Assembly (NCBI GenBank): GCA_001949185.1
Contig: BDGG01000008.1
Span: forward strand, 1,648,655-1,712,654
From: Ramazzottius varieornatus
Taxonomy: Eukaryota > Animalia > Tardigrada
Direction: 5' to 3'
DNA: 64,000 bases
The first letter of the stretch is position 1; every line of letters begins with the position of its first letter. This document shows, piece after piece, positions 43,601 through 56,856 of the stretch. The notes under the pieces were generated by a model. That model saw only the letters and a list, made by a program, of their open reading frames with translations, was not told the origin of the DNA and did no database searches. A program made the translations under genes and the position numbers.

Positions 43601-46600
43601 CGATGTCCAAACATCAAGAACTAATCGAGGTATGGTCGCAGAAAACTACTTTTCTTCTTTCGATCAATTAGATGTACGACAACCTGTGGAAGGTTGTCTG
43701 TAATTTTCGGTGGACGATCTGAAAATAGAAGTTGAGCTACTGTCACATTGACGCTTTGTTTGAAGTCACTGCTTTCTATTTTTTTGGCGTTAACAGTGGA
43801 AAACTGGATTTAATTGCTAATCTCTGTTTAGGTTACCTTGAGGAAAATCAAGGCATCTGCCAAGCTGGTCAACCAAGAGTTGCTTCTCAAGAACCTTCTG
43901 GAAACACGACGATGCGAGAACCTCTTGGAACCAGAGACGCACGAGGACATCTGGAAAGGACCAGCCGTCCAAGAAGTCTTCGCCAAGGGTGTACCCGCCG
44001 ACGGAGAAGACGACCAGCCGGGCTCGGGGACAGAGCGCTCGTACCTCGAGGCTTCTCGGCACTTTCAGCCGGGATACTTCAAGTGCGACATGGTGTTTGA
44101 GCATGACTTTCATGTCCATCCCAGGCTGAAGATGGGCCCTGGCAAAGGTGGCATGTCTAGAGCCTCGCAAGCTCTGCTGGGTCTGTTGAGCACCTTCAAG
44201 GTGAACAACCGGCAGAATATGTTTGTCGTGCAGGACAACGCCAACGAAGCCGAAGGTAAATCTTGACTTGTTCAAACGCAGCTCTCGTCCATCAAAAAAT
44301 CGTTAGTGGAAATTTACTGGGAGCTCGGAAACAAACTGGACCAGGCCGTTTTCTCAAGTGGCGTATGCTTCCAGTCGCTATTGCTAAAACGGTGTGCCAC
44401 TTGTAGAAATAATCTGTTGAGTTTTACTTCACGAGTTCCTACGTACTATTTTATTTTCTCAATACGCCTCATTTTTAATGATTACTCTCATGACTGGTCG
44501 AACTTTTTTTGACGTTAGCAGGGGCAGTTTTCTACATGAGGTTGTTCGATAAGACCCAGTGTCGCCGCTTTACCAGTTCGTCTTTCGATGGCGAGTGTTC
44601 TCGTACCAGCTCCATTGCTCGCAGAGAACCGTACTTGGGCCGTGCGGTGACATTGGACGCTGAGCTGGCCAAGTTGTCTGAAAGTCCAAAAGGAGACTCG
44701 GACAGTAAGTCACCCATCAGTACCGACTCGTTCATCCTGTCTTTCTACGGCACCTGCCCGGTGTCAGACAAAACAGCGTGGGAACTCATATCGGCCCTCC
44801 AAAATCGCCTTGACGAGGTACGAAAAAACCCGAGAAAAATAACAGTGTATTACTGTAAACTGCAGTCTGTCCCAGCAAAGTTGTCAAAGTACGAGAAACT
44901 GTCCATGTTCTTATTTTGCCGGTATATTTTCCCTTTTACAAGAAGCGTTGTCTTGAAGCTCGCGGTGGCTAGAATCTTCCAATATTTGCCAAAACAGATC
45001 AACAACGGACCAAATTCCCTTACACGGGGTGAAAGAGATACAACTATTTTCGAAAACACCGATAACTGTGCTGGGACAAACTGTCGTTTTGGTGCTCGAC
45101 AAGACTACTTTTCCACACCCTTTTTTCTGCAACGCCCTCGCCTAATTACTGTACACAGAAAACATTCGCCATTCAGAAAAGCACTCAAAGCGGTCCTCTT
45201 CAGCTTCTCGAAGGGCGCACGTTTCCATCCAGTAGCTGTGAAAGATTGCGCAACGTGGGAAAGCAATCCTGTCGAGCTTTTTATCTGTGTCTCAATTTTA
45301 TACGTCTCAATTGACCTATGTTTACCTAAGTCTCGATTTTATCTGTTACTTTTATTCTCGGCAGGCCGTTCTGGACACCTTAAATATTATCCTGAGCCGG
45401 AACGTCATGTTGAAGTTGGGTGGTGAAGATGTCCGCTTCATCCAGCCGTTCCAAGCTCCACCCAGCGAGACCTTGAGGATCAGCATCCCGGGGGTGATTT
45501 CCAAGAACGAAATCAGTCTTTTCAAAGTCTTCCACTACGTCCTGCAGGACCTTTCGGTCTTCTTGCATTGTCCAAAGTACGTTGACGGTGAAACGGACAA
45601 GCACTTCCATCAGCTTGACCCGATGGACGACACATGGAGACCGGCGGACGACGGAAGCTCGTTCCTGTACAACCGGCCTTCGGAAAGTGGAGGACGAGGC
45701 ATTGCCTTCATCTCGGTCGGCCAAATTTTCTTCGCCATGGACACCGAGCCGATGGGTAGGCAACACGGATCATGGAGCGAGAAACTGGATCTGGTGGGAA
45801 AGGTGACCGAACTGACCAAAGAAGAGGTGGTCGAAGCCGGTAAGAACAGGCACGAGAAAGATAAGACGTTGTGACCATAGTGTAGAAAACTGGCAAATAC
45901 TTGCTACTATTAATGGAACCGTTAGACCGGCTTGGAATGTGATTGATGAGGTCTTGCGAATTTCTGGATAATTTTCTACTGTATTTTGTGTTTGCAGATG
46001 GTGACTTGATCTTGCAAGTATGGGAGAAAGGTAACGTCGACCGACCGGCGCTGATCGAGAAGCTTCGCCACGCGGTCCGTCACGCTCTATTGGACTTTTG
46101 GATGGAGGAGCACGTCCTGCCCATGTTGAAGAACATGCCGACGTCGCTGCCTCCTTCGAGTTGCAACCTGCTCCAAGCCTACCTGAACTGTTGTGTGGAC
46201 TGCAAGAGTCCAGCCTACCAGGCCAGCACCTTCAACCTACCCAGTCGGCGTGTAGTGGACATCCTGGCCGACAGCGTCGTGTCCATCGTCAACAGTCCAC
46301 ACAACTCGCTGTCGCTGTCGGCGCTGGTTGGCAAGGTCGATGGCGACGTGGAAAAAGATTCTGTTGAAACCAGACTGGACGGATCACAAGCGACGATAAA
46401 GGACATGCTTATTCCGCTGGTAAGAAGAGCCTGTCTCGATTCACTCAATGTGTACTTTAGGCTACCGATCGAGTGGGACAAGATTGGTCCGGTTCGTGTA
46501 AAAAGACTGGTCTAAACTAGCAGAACCTGCTGTTAAGTGTGGTGTCATATCGACCAGCTGTCTACCAAATATTTTATCCACGATCCGGGGGTGCTGAAGC

Positions 46601-49600
46601 CGGAAATGGCAGCTTTGACTGACTTTCTCGCAGTTTTGATGGGAGGACCAGCCCACCCGTGCAATGAGCCAGCTAATAGTGCTCCAGTCATACGTACGCA
46701 CCAGCCACCAGGTGCGTGCAGCTGTATGGAAACAACAATCAGCTAAAGTCTGAAACCGTTGGGAAAGCGTTGTTGACACTGTGGACTTTGAATTTTAAAT
46801 CCATCAATTCGTATGTATCCATGTCGGCGTGTCGGCTTGCACTTGCAGGTGCACGTCGTACTGCGCTGTTATTTATTTCACGTGAGCTTCTCCACCTTCC
46901 CCACGCACCGTCTTCATTTCCGGCTCTCTAAGCCGGGGAGTACACGCATAAAGAGAAAGTCTGGGCCAAGCGAAAACGACGGCAACGTAAAAGTCAACCG
47001 TAGAATGCACTTTCCGACAAATTTCTACGGTTGAAGCTTACGGTACCGACTTTTTCGCTTGGTCCCGACGCTCTACTGGCCCAGACGTTCTCTTCGTGCG
47101 TGTAGCCAGACCCAAACCTATTCCACTGGATCGGTAGTCTAAAGTGTTCTACTGTATGAACAGTGACCTAACATTTTGTGGTAGGTGAGGGATCTGAGGC
47201 CTGGACAGTTTGTGTCCTGCAGAGTACTTGGTCTCGCCACGGAAGAAGCGGAAGTCATAGTGCGGATACCTAGAAGCGTCTCGGCTGAAGCGGCTTCGAA
47301 TGATGAGAAGCTGAAGCAGCGAACGTCGAAGAAGTTCATGACAAGATTCGACCACACCGGCGCAGTGGCAGTTCCGAGAGGAAAACTTCTGTACATCACC
47401 ATCCACGATACTACTTGTCAGGTATTAGAATCCGGCGCCAGCGAAATCAATATGGGAACTCAGCCATCAAAGTGATTGTTTTCCCAGGTGGCGTAGCGTA
47501 TCACTATTGTTGGCTGGGAGTGTGCGCCACTTGAAAAAACTATCTTGTCGAGATTCTTTGTCTAGGTTTTATATTTTTGTCGCTTTATACTGCTGCAGTT
47601 GTTCCTTTACAATTTCTCGACGGATTTGGCAACGCTCTTCGATAAGTCAATCAACCGACTCTTCGAGTGGCATCACGAGCGTCAGCGTTTCCTGAACAAC
47701 ATCGTCCTCCAGAAGTGTGGGGTGTTCACACCGATGGCCGTCTTTGACAGCAGGCCCTCGCCAGACATGCCATCATTCGTGACCAACCCACTTCAAGCAG
47801 ACACGCTGATCGCTTACACCAATGCACCCCCCAGAGAAGGCTCTCGGAACTACCAGAACCCCAAGTACCAACATGGCTCTCTACCGCAGTTCGGCCTCAC
47901 GATGGAAAACAGCTTTCCGTCGAGGTTCTTTGCTGATGAACAGAACAGAAACACGGTGGATCCGGTGGTGTACCATGGCAAACAGTTTCAGGAAATTCGA
48001 CAACGAAAGAAACGCTCGAACGATATCAGGTGACCATATGTTGACTCAGAAAAAAATCATTTCCTCAATTTCAGTCCATATTTGGGACGCACACACACGA
48101 AAGCGACAAGTTTCCCCAAGTGGCGCACCTTTCGGTCAGTTAACCTGCAAACGTGCGCGATTCGGGGAAACAGCCTTATTCAGTTTGCTTGCTAAGCTGG
48201 CTGTTTGAAAATAGTTGTTCGTACATGTCATCTTGGCCCTGTTTCAGATATCGGCTGAATACGTTGTATGGATTGTGGAGGCAGCGAGATCGTCGGAGGC
48301 CCATCAGAGAGGATATCCTGCAGTTGTTGAAGAACAACAGTCGGCCCGCGCATTTCTGTGCCTCGCCTTTGCTGTTTGATCCTTACTGGCGAAAGAACCT
48401 CGGTGCTCGGTTTCCTGATCGCCAACTTCTGTGTTACTCGCCCGTACCAAAAGGTCTGGCGCATGACTCTAGTGGTATGGATGTGGACGCAAGCACTCGA
48501 TATGACAGAGTAGATGGACAAGTCGTCTCAACTGGAAATGTGAGTATAAAATATCGTTGAAAATGTCCCTTAGAGCGCAGATTGTTAGGTTTTGATTTTT
48601 CAAAAGGACGAATGCACGAAATTGTGCGTTGCTTGACCATTGCATGCGTGATACGCGCCTTGATTTTGTGTGATGTAACTTTTTGGTTGGCAGCGTTCAA
48701 GGAATAGTTCGGGTGTTCCTTCGATCTCATCTAAAGACAAGAACCGACCCAACTCCACGCCGAATTTCGTCGGCGAAACCCAGCGAAGAGTCTCTGGACC
48801 TTCCGTTGACCAGCAGTGGCACACGCAAGTCAAGAATATCCTCATGCAAGAATATGTCCATTATCTGCAGATGCAAGGCTTCAGTGTGGTCTTTGCTCGG
48901 CCACCTTCCCCTCAACGACAGTAAGCTAGCCTATCATTTTCTCGTATGGGGCTCGGCAAATGAGTTCGCTACTCCTTGCCTCAAGTAGCGCATACTTCCA
49001 GCCATTATCAGTTAGAGCGTGCGCCACTTTGGAAGGGGCACACGCTCTAACCAATCTGGGCGAGCGTTTTGTGCCCGATTACCTCTTGCTCATCCTCTTC
49101 TAAGACAAATATTTTGTTTACATGATGTGTGTGTGTGATAGTGTGAAGAAGAGTCCACAGAATAACACAAGAGCTACTTCCGGTACATCGTCACCCACGC
49201 CGCCGCACAATACTTCGCCACAGTCCGTAGCCTTGGGAGGTCCCGCCGCAGCGCCACGCTTCACGCCTTCCTGCACGTACCTGCAGCGGTGTGTGCCAGG
49301 TGGAATGATCTTCCTGGAGCTCTTCTTCATGGCACCCTTCTTCTTCTCGAGAATGTACGCTGTCGACCTGCATAAGTTCTCGGATGACTTTTCAGCGGTG
49401 GGCGGCGATCCCCACAAAGTGAGTTATTTGCTTGCATTTCTCCTGTCCATCGCCTGATGATTATATTTTTTTGGCAGGCGTTGATGAATCTGCAACGAGA
49501 GATTGACCGGTTGAAGGTGGCCATGCATATGCACTCCTTCTTGTACGATTTCCATCTGAATTGCATCACGAAGTACATCGCGGGCAAAAGTCCATTCTTC

Positions 49601-51768
49601 AAGCAAGGCTACCACTTCGTGTCGTTCTTCGATGACTTTGCCAACTATTACCAGAAGCCACCCAGCTATTCCAAAGGCAGTTTCCAGTCAGGTGCCGTTC
49701 AAGTTTCTCACCTTGTACTTTATGTCCGTCCCACTCTTCGATACTTGGATTTACCATGCTGGTTTTATAGGAAGTTTGGTGGTGCCTTGTGGAAGCATCG
49801 CACCGAACAAGCTGTACGACTACATACTCAAGCGGGACAAGCAGTATGGGCTGAGCAGTATCCGAATGGCTGCCGTCCTGCCCGAAGAGGACACGGTAAA
49901 CACTCGAACAGATTTACACAAGTTGCATCTTTTTTTGCAGTTTTTCTTTCTCTTGCTACTTTTTATTGTAAGCATTTACAGTCGGAAAAAATCTTGAGAA
50001 GTAAGCGAGACATTTTCAAACCCAAACCCGCAATCGACTATCCTACTGCATTTATTACACCCGGGCTAAACGTAGAGAATTGCCACAGTCCTGGTCCCGC
50101 ACCATGAGTCAGATAGCTTTCGTCATTATCAGGTCTGATGAGCGAAGACGGAATAAAACGAGACTGTTTGGCGATCTAATTTTCCACAAATAACTCATTG
50201 CGTCTTTTGTTTTGTTTTTTTCTTTCAGGGGACGGAATTCGCATTGGTTTGTACAGGGCTGTCCTCCAAAGTGCGCGAACAAGTCGACTGCTCCTTCATC
50301 ATCTACGCTGACACCACCGACGAAATTCCCACGGTGGCCCGCAATAGCAATCTCGTCCTGCGCTACTACATCATCCTGACCAGCATCGACGACGCCTACT
50401 CCACCGACTTCCTAGAAGAACGCTTCGGTTCCTTCAAGCCACTGCCACCGCCCAAACGAGCCCGTCCCGCTGTCCCGCCAGAGACCGTCACTGTGCCCGT
50501 CAGCCTGCACACGCCGCTCATGATCACCACAGCTCTACTCTTTCCTGACGACCCGCCGAAAGAATCACCGCAGATCGAGCCTGAAGAAGCCAAGGTGGAG
50601 GGCGATAAGGTGGAGGGTGGTGAGGCTGCAGAGGAGAAGGTGTCGTTGCCGAAGAGTGGCGGCACTAGCTCGGACAACTTGGTGGGCAAGGCCTCACTGG
50701 TGGCGGCCTTTCCAAACTTCTTGTACATTGGGTATTTCAGCCGCTTAGAAACGGAACTTAAAAGGATAGTCGACCAGCAAAAAACGGTGTTAGAAAGCTT
50801 CGTCGTATCGGTAAGAGACATAGCTGTGTTATAGATAGTTCAGTCTGGCTGTGATCGTGGTCGGATTGTACGATTTTCTACGTGATGTTCCAAGATTAAT
50901 ATGAAAGGTATGGTGGCAGATCGTCCAGGACGCAATTAGAGATTGGGTACGGGATACTTTATGGTCTCGGCTGATCGAGACGAACGAAACGGAGAATGAA
51001 CGCAGGAGAATGGAAACAGGGAGACATCGAGAAGAGTCGGGAACGACGTTCGGCCGTCGAGCGCCCTCTGAGGCTTACCGCTTTGCTCCCGTAAGTTTCT
51101 GTATCATGTTGGCCTAGACGTAGTTGCAGGGTCCTTTGTTTACCATCCTTTTATTTTGTCATTTCAGAAAATACAGTTTAACGAGTTTGAAGATTTGGTC
51201 AAGCACGTCTACTGTGTGCCGGTAGTCGAGCTGGACCCGCAGTTGTCCATCTTCTTCCAAGCCAACGCCTTCTGGCTCGATGGTCTACTGGAAACGTTGA
51301 GAGCAAAGTATTGGGATATCCAGAGGCCTTTTATATCGCAACAAAGTCTGCCACAAGTCACCCAGCATTTGGTACGTACCGCACTCTGTTGGGACGTCCG
51401 CAAATGATTTTACCTAGATCGTTTTATCAAGTGGCGCACGTTTCCGTTGTTATCGGCCGAGGGTGTGCGCCGCCTGGTAAAGAGATGTGGGTTATTTCAT
51501 TGGCCGTGTTTCTGTTTAATTTATACGTCAGTTATATCGGTCTGCGGGTTATTATTAAGTTTTGCAGGTTATTTTGTGCCCGAACTTGCCGGAGATTACT
51601 TTGTATCTGAAGTACAAGACAGGGTCTTCTGTGATTGATGCGGATATACTGTCCAAGAACCCGATTGACCTGATGGAGTTGCGCCAGAACGAAGCCTTCG
51701 TGACGTTCATGCAGGGTTTTGTCAATGCGTGCGGGTTCCACATGTGGAAGACTGTTTTACCGCCATAG
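34612..51768 (+). CDS. SZT2: SZT2, KICSTOR complex subunit
   Basis: EAGQVFVMMEETFRVSRNTRAQWFL, LSIRLREGF, LLEHDKPL, EIWVEPQYG, LVNQELLLKNL, LHCPKY, HSFLYDFHL, C-terminal FVNACGFHMW. More than 30 short exons; not every junction verified. Confidence 0.93.
37413..37461. repeat. Hairpin element core, SZT2 intron
   Basis: CAAGTGGCGCAC-N25-GGGCGTCACTTT. Confidence 0.75.
41678..41763. repeat. Hairpin element core plus right outer arm, SZT2 intron
   Basis: CAAGTGGCGCAC-N24-GTGCGCCACTTG GGAAAAACGATCTAGG..TTCATTTGCCGACGTCCC. Confidence 0.9.
42446..42634. mobile_element. Hairpin MITE in SZT2 intron (same family as 46941-47104, opposite orientation, more decayed)
   Basis: TACACG..GAGAAAATATGGGCGAGTAAAAA / TTTTTACTGGCCCATAATTTGTTCTCTTGCGTGT; shares internal TGTC(A/G)GAAAGTGC. 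Confidence 0.55.
43197..43244. repeat. Hairpin element core, SZT2 intron
   Basis: CCAGTGGCGCAC-N24-GTGCGCGACTTG. Confidence 0.85.
44355..44403. repeat. Hairpin element core, SZT2 intron
   Basis: CAAGTGGCGTAT-N25-GTGTGCCACTTG. Confidence 0.82.
45209..45257. repeat. Degenerate hairpin element core, SZT2 intron
   Basis: CGAAGGGCGCAC-N25-TTGCGCAACGTG GGAAAGCAATC. Confidence 0.6.
46941..47104. mobile_element. Hairpin MITE in SZT2 intron
   Basis: TACACGCATAAAGAGAAAGTCTGGGCCA...TCAACCGTAGAA / TTCTACGGTTGA...TGGCCCAGACGTTCTCTTCGTGCGTGTA; TA ends. Confidence 0.75.
47485..47533. repeat. Hairpin element core, SZT2 intron
   Basis: CAGGTGGCGTAG-N25-GTGCGCCACTTG. Confidence 0.82.
48117..48164. repeat. 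Hairpin element core, SZT2 intron
   Basis: CAAGTGGCGCAC-N24-GTGCGCGATTCG. Confidence 0.82.
48982..49030. repeat. Hairpin element core, SZT2 intron
   Basis: CAAGTAGCGCAT-N25-GTGCGCCACTTT; GGCAAATGAG outer arm upstream. Confidence 0.82.
51391..51505. repeat. Near full-length hairpin element, last SZT2 intron
   Basis: GGGACGTCCGCAAATG..GATCGTTTTATCAAGTGGCGCAC-N25-GTGCGCCGCCTG. Confidence 0.88.
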
Positions 51769-52364
51769 TAGAGGCATTTTGCTTCGTCGTCTGTTCTTTT
51801 TCAAATTTTCATCCAGAATTCTTACAGTTTATTTGTGGAAAATTCCACATATTTTAGCTAGATGTAGAAAAACCGATGTTCTTATCGATATCACGCTTAA
51901 TCTTTCACACTGCGTTGAAATGCGGAAAGGTCATGCAGTGCGATCGTCAGTCTCGTCATCGTCTTCACTCACTCTTGGTACAGTGACGTGCAGGCAGCTT
52001 TCACAAAGAGATACTCAATACCTCGATGTGATTTTCGGTATTTTGCATTCACAGCCGTCTAACTATCTGTCCGCCCAGTTGGAGCCAAGTGATTTCTGCT
52101 GTTTTGACCTTTCAAATTCATGCCGACAGAGTTTTATGGCGCCATGCCATAAAAAATACCGTAATGGATCCGACCTGGCGAAAGCTGGCAAGAATAGGAC
52201 CTCCAAGAAGAAGCAGACTATGAAACCGACAACAACAATAGCTCCGCCCTCCAGCCCGCCAATTTCCCGAATCACCAGCGATGTCAACGGAGATGCTCTC
52301 ACCAGTATCCGTGACCCATTTATTATTTCCACGTACATATCAATAGTTACGTATACGGTTATGC

Positions 52365-52480
52365 GGGACGTGCGCAAATGATCTGAACCAGTTCACTTTC
52401 CTGAGTGACGCACACTCTCCGCCAGTACCAACGAGGACGTGCGCGACTCGAGGTAACGATCCGGTTCGATTCATTTGCCC
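52365..52480. repeat. Hairpin element, the only copy outside a recognised intron
   Basis: GGGACGTGCGCAAATG..TGAGTGACGCAC-N25-GTGCGCGACTCG..TTCATTTGCCC. Confidence 0.82.
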
Positions 52481-52498
52481 AGTGTTATTCCTAGCCGG

Positions 52499-52625
52499 TA
52501 GAGATGTTCTAATATAGTAATATTATATTAAACTAAGCCATAGTAGAACCTTTTTCCATTTACTATATTTATGATTATTATATTAAAAATCCAAACCAAA
52601 AAGTTAGTATAGTAGGATTATATTA
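52499..52625. mobile_element. Solo end of the 635-1306 hAT MITE family
   Basis: TAGAGATGTTCTAATATAGTAATATTATATTAAA is the reverse complement of 1273-1306 with one mismatch. Confidence 0.75.
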
Positions 52626-53272
52626 GATGCAGAATGGTCTCTCAGCTCGCTATATTACAAGTATCTTCAAGTAGACACAGTATCGATAGGTACTTTTCGC
52701 ATGAGTCGGCATGACTCAAGGTACCGTGTTGTACGAAAGTGAGCTTCCAGGATAGAACCTTTCGAATCGAGGACTATCGACCCAAGTAACGGGAAGCCTG
52801 AACCGGCTCACACCGGAGAGGGCTAGACCTCGATCACTCACAACGGTGAGACTTTGGCCGTGAGAGGGAGGGAACGGTTTGGTTATGCTGAGGAAACGTG
52901 CTCATGCATTGCCAGCGCAACAGATGTTTGTGTGAGGCATTTCGATAATTTAATCTTGTCCCCCAGACTATTAGGTGTCTGCGGAGCTCATTCTTTCCCC
53001 ATCAAACTACATATGCATATTACAACCAACCTCTATTTTGAACCGGTTATCGAATACGACTTACGCAATCATTAGGATAAAACAGGCCAAAAATTCGCGA
53101 TAGTAGTTTTCGTTCGGCAAGCCGCAGTTATCAGTTCCTTGTAACTGATTGCTTTCCAATATATCTTCTCTTCATCTCAGTAAGCTAACGTTTAAGCCAG
53201 TAGACTTGTAAAAACGAGAGCTTGTCCCGAATTGTAAATATCCAGCGCCCACACTGTACCGTAGTCTCAGGG

Positions 53273-55214
53273 ATGGCACATCGAGGTACGTCTTACCGCG
53301 GCTGATCGAACCACAGGAATTCAGCTCTCACGGTTAACTGAACGAAATTACGCAACTAGTCCGCTATCTGCATTTCAGACTGTCTGCATGCGGAAGAGAA
53401 GCTAGCTCGAGGACAACGCTTGTACTCGAAGAACCGAGCAGTCGAACTGCACTTCCAGGTTCGTCCAAATTTGACCTTTCCTCACGGTACGTACCGGCTA
53501 CATCTGTGACCTATGGAAGATAATGAAAGCTTGTGCAGGACGACGGGAATCTGGTGCTGTATCGTCGCAAAGACTTGACTCCACTTTGGGTACATGCACA
53601 CTTCAATCGCATTCATGGTCGTACCGGGGTTAATTGTAATACTAGTCGACCTGTCGGTGCTTTTTAGTCGAGCAATACAGATGGTCGAGACGCGGACACC
53701 GTCATTATGCAGCGTAAGCGATTTCCTCTGAACTTCTTGAAACTCGTGGAATGAAATACTGTAATGCTTCATGAACTTCGCGCAGTGCGTCGTAGTCAGC
53801 GTGTGCTGTTTGTGTCTTCACACTCGTAAGCTCTACGCTTATTGTGACGTCAGTCCGCTAAGTTCAGGGAGCATTATACTATGTACTGTAGTACGCTGTG
53901 CCTTGCAGACGATGGGAATCTCGTGATGTATGAACACGGACAGCCAATCTGGGTGCGTTAACTTTCCCAAGCTTGTACCTCACTACCTCTGTCACTTAGG
54001 CTCGATCGTTCCGCCAGTTCGAAAAACACCTTTTTGATACTACCAATGTGTAACATCTTTGCAGAAAACCGACACCCATGGTCACTCTGGGGCTACGTTA
54101 TCAGTACAAGATGACGGGAACCTTGTCTTGTATAATCCGGCGAACCAGTCAATCTGGGTACGTACTGTACATCCAGTACACAGTCCGGGTGCCGAGACCA
54201 AAAGCTGTTTTACCAAACACCGGTTTTTATTTGTGTTCCACCCGTAGGCTTCGAACACGGATGGTCTTTGTCCTCAAGATGATCAGTGTAAGCCCAGTGC
54301 CAAATATTAGCGTTGTTACAGTGCCTACGTTGAACCATCTACGTGTAGTTGCACGGAGATAGCTTATCGTGTCGCATTGCGTGTCAACTGCGTCCGTTTA
54401 TGAAATTGTGTTAGTTAGACTGCAATACCCGAATAACAACTGGTGCCTATTGCAGCCCACCTGCATCCAGGTGAGAAGCTAACGCTTGGAGCATCCATCC
54501 ACTCACCTAGCGGCAACCTTGACCTGATCCTGCAGGTTTGTTTTATTGATAGTAACAATGTAATCAAAATGCGACTGATTTTCAAGTAACACTGACGAAA
54601 GCCTGTAATTAGCCGTATGGGCGTTTTAGAGGGATGGGAATTTGGTTCTGTATCGAACACATGACGATTACGCCCTCTGGTACGAAATCCTGAACAGTCC
54701 GGGCTACACCGTCCTCCGATGTTGAGCGGGCTTGTCTTTTGTGTCCGTAGGTCTTCCAATACGCATGGTCTGCAGATCAAGGAGGCGGTAATGCAGGAAG
54801 ACGGAAACTTTGTAAGCCGAACGAGGAACCTCGTTGATTCGCTCATGAAATGCTACCGATAGAGCAGCTCCGGCCGAAGTATGATCATGAGTTTTCCAGG
54901 TTGTGTATGACGTTCACGGTCAAGCTGTCTGGTCTTCCGACACCACCAACTATTTCGGTGCCTGCTGCAAAGTACAGGTGTGAAGAACTGCAAAGCTATT
55001 TGGATCATAAACTTGAGACATACCGCTCATTGGACGTTTGAAGAACCATTCTTTTTTTTCAGGACGATGGAAACTTGTGTAAGAAACGCGCAACTTCCCG
55101 CGACGATCCATAACTTTTTTACCTGCAGAATTTCACGTTGTGAGGTGTTTTTCAGGTGTGTACGATAAAGCGGAGAACTGTATCTGGACTAGTCATACGG
55201 AAGGCCAAGTCTGA
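53273..55214 (+). CDS. Tandem two-domain bulb-type (GNA-like) mannose-binding lectin, 236 aa, no signal peptide
   Basis: 13 GT-AG exons: 53273-53285, 53379-53458, 53539-53589, 53668-53713, 53909-53952, 54065-54157, 54248-54287, 54456-54535, 54630-54679, 54751-54811, 54900-54977, 55063-55078, 55156-55214 (711 nt, open). Six QxDGNx(V/C)xY motifs. Confidence 0.9.
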
Positions 55215-55872
55215 GCAAGTGGTTTACGAGACGTCCGCTCTTCCATTTTGTTCTTCGAGATCGGTTTCACGTTGTTGTGTTCGGTATTGCCAAACTGTGG
55301 GTTTCCGGTTTCTCAATGCTTAATCGTGATACCACAGGTTCAGACCACCTTATCAAGCAGAGTCGACACGAACGTCCAACGGATAAAGCTGACAACTTGA
55401 GATACGGTAGTGCAGCTTGACCTCACCACACTGTATCCAGTAGAAAGCACTTCGTCATAGATGTATAATAGAGAAGTTGCACTTTACGCAGATGGTTTGA
55501 ACAAACGACAGTTTGGACAAAACGATTGCATTTAAAAAAGTTTGAACATTCAAGATTTGTAATTCGCCTCGCGATTCATAAAACGAAGGGGGGCTTCGTT
55601 CGTGAATCACGAAGAATATCACCCGTAGATTTCCAACATGGACGAATTGGCGTCAGTAATGCCCTGGCTGGCCCGAAGCACTGGGAAGCGTAATCGACGC
55701 CCGGGCGACACAGGGCCTCCATTCCGGACAATCAGTCAATCGGATCTGCATTTGAACCGGCTCCTTTTTAATTTGGTGGGCTAATTACTGTCGAACAAAC
55801 CACCATGACCAGCAGCGGTCGTTTGTTCCAGAGCCGATGCGTCGGACGCGCCCTATATCGAATGGATCAAAC

Positions 55873-56123
55873 TAGAGCACTGGGCCGCAGGTCCAAAAGT
55901 ACGCTGCAACTGTGCTGCGCACATCACCAGGGCGCTGTACGCTGTGCTGTGCTGCACAACTTTCATGCCTAGTGGCTAAGCAGCTGTGCTGCAGATGCAC
56001 GTTGACCTGGTGCAACTGCGCGGTAGTCTATGGCTTTCTGCTGTAGTTCAAGTGCTGCTGCTGTGCTGCGGCACAGCACAGCAGCAGTGCAGTGCAGCGC
56101 ATGCGGCCAGATTCCGTGCTCTA
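55873..56123. mobile_element. hAT-family MITE (TGCTG/GCAGC-rich)
   Basis: TIR TAGAGCAC...GTGCTCTA; perfect 8-bp TSD GATCAAAC. Confidence 0.9.
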
Positions 56124-56856
56124 GATCAAACTTCTGCTTATGGGAGGGTCATCGTGTCATAACATTAAAATACTTTGATTTGATTGTTGGAATGCGTTGC
56201 CACCACGATACTACACATCCTCCATTCATCACAGCAGTGATTAGAAATCTATACAACGGTTTGAACTAGTTTATACAAGATCTGGGGGCTGCTTGTGTTT
56301 ACACCGATATTGGTTTAACGAACAAAGGCATTGGCCAACAAAGGCAAGCAACAGAGCACCGTGCATTGTGCAGACTTCGATGTGTATCTAACGCTCACGT
56401 TCAGTCAACGCATGAATTCTAGCCTTGCAAAAATATCAAAGGAGAGGTGAGAATAACAATGCCAGGGCCATTTGTATGTAGTTGGTAAACGGAAATGGGC
56501 AACGAACAGGATATTCAGGACGCTTTGCACTTGCTCGAAAATAAATGCGTTTCCAGCAGCCTGTCCCTGACTCAGTTTTCGATCAAGGTTTTGCTGCGCA
56601 TAGATGCCTGTTCAAGCGAAAGAACACTAAACTGTTTAACGGAGGAAACAGTCTTGACGTACCATCATTGGAATAATGTTTTTTCCTTATCGCCTTTTTT
56701 TTTCCTTATAAACTCGCGGAGAGAAACTTCACTGTATTCGAGTACTAGTTTCCATCACGATTCCGATTGCACTTACCAGATATGCGGCTCTGCGTACTAT
56801 TGCTTGTTGTGTAGACCTGTTACGGCGCAACCTCAATCTACGACATCGCAGATAAT

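Noticed and set aside
50120-50170. CTGATGAG motif suggesting a hammerhead ribozyme
   Set aside because: No correctly placed GAAA or closing stems found.
52063-52377. Minus-strand ORF with a hydrophobic segment
   Set aside because: No recognisable domain or convincing exon chain, and its start overlaps a repeat.
52720-52945. GC-balanced intergenic tract resembling a structured RNA (SRP or RNase P-like)
   Set aside because: Diagnostic conserved motifs could not be matched; would need an Infernal/Rfam scan.
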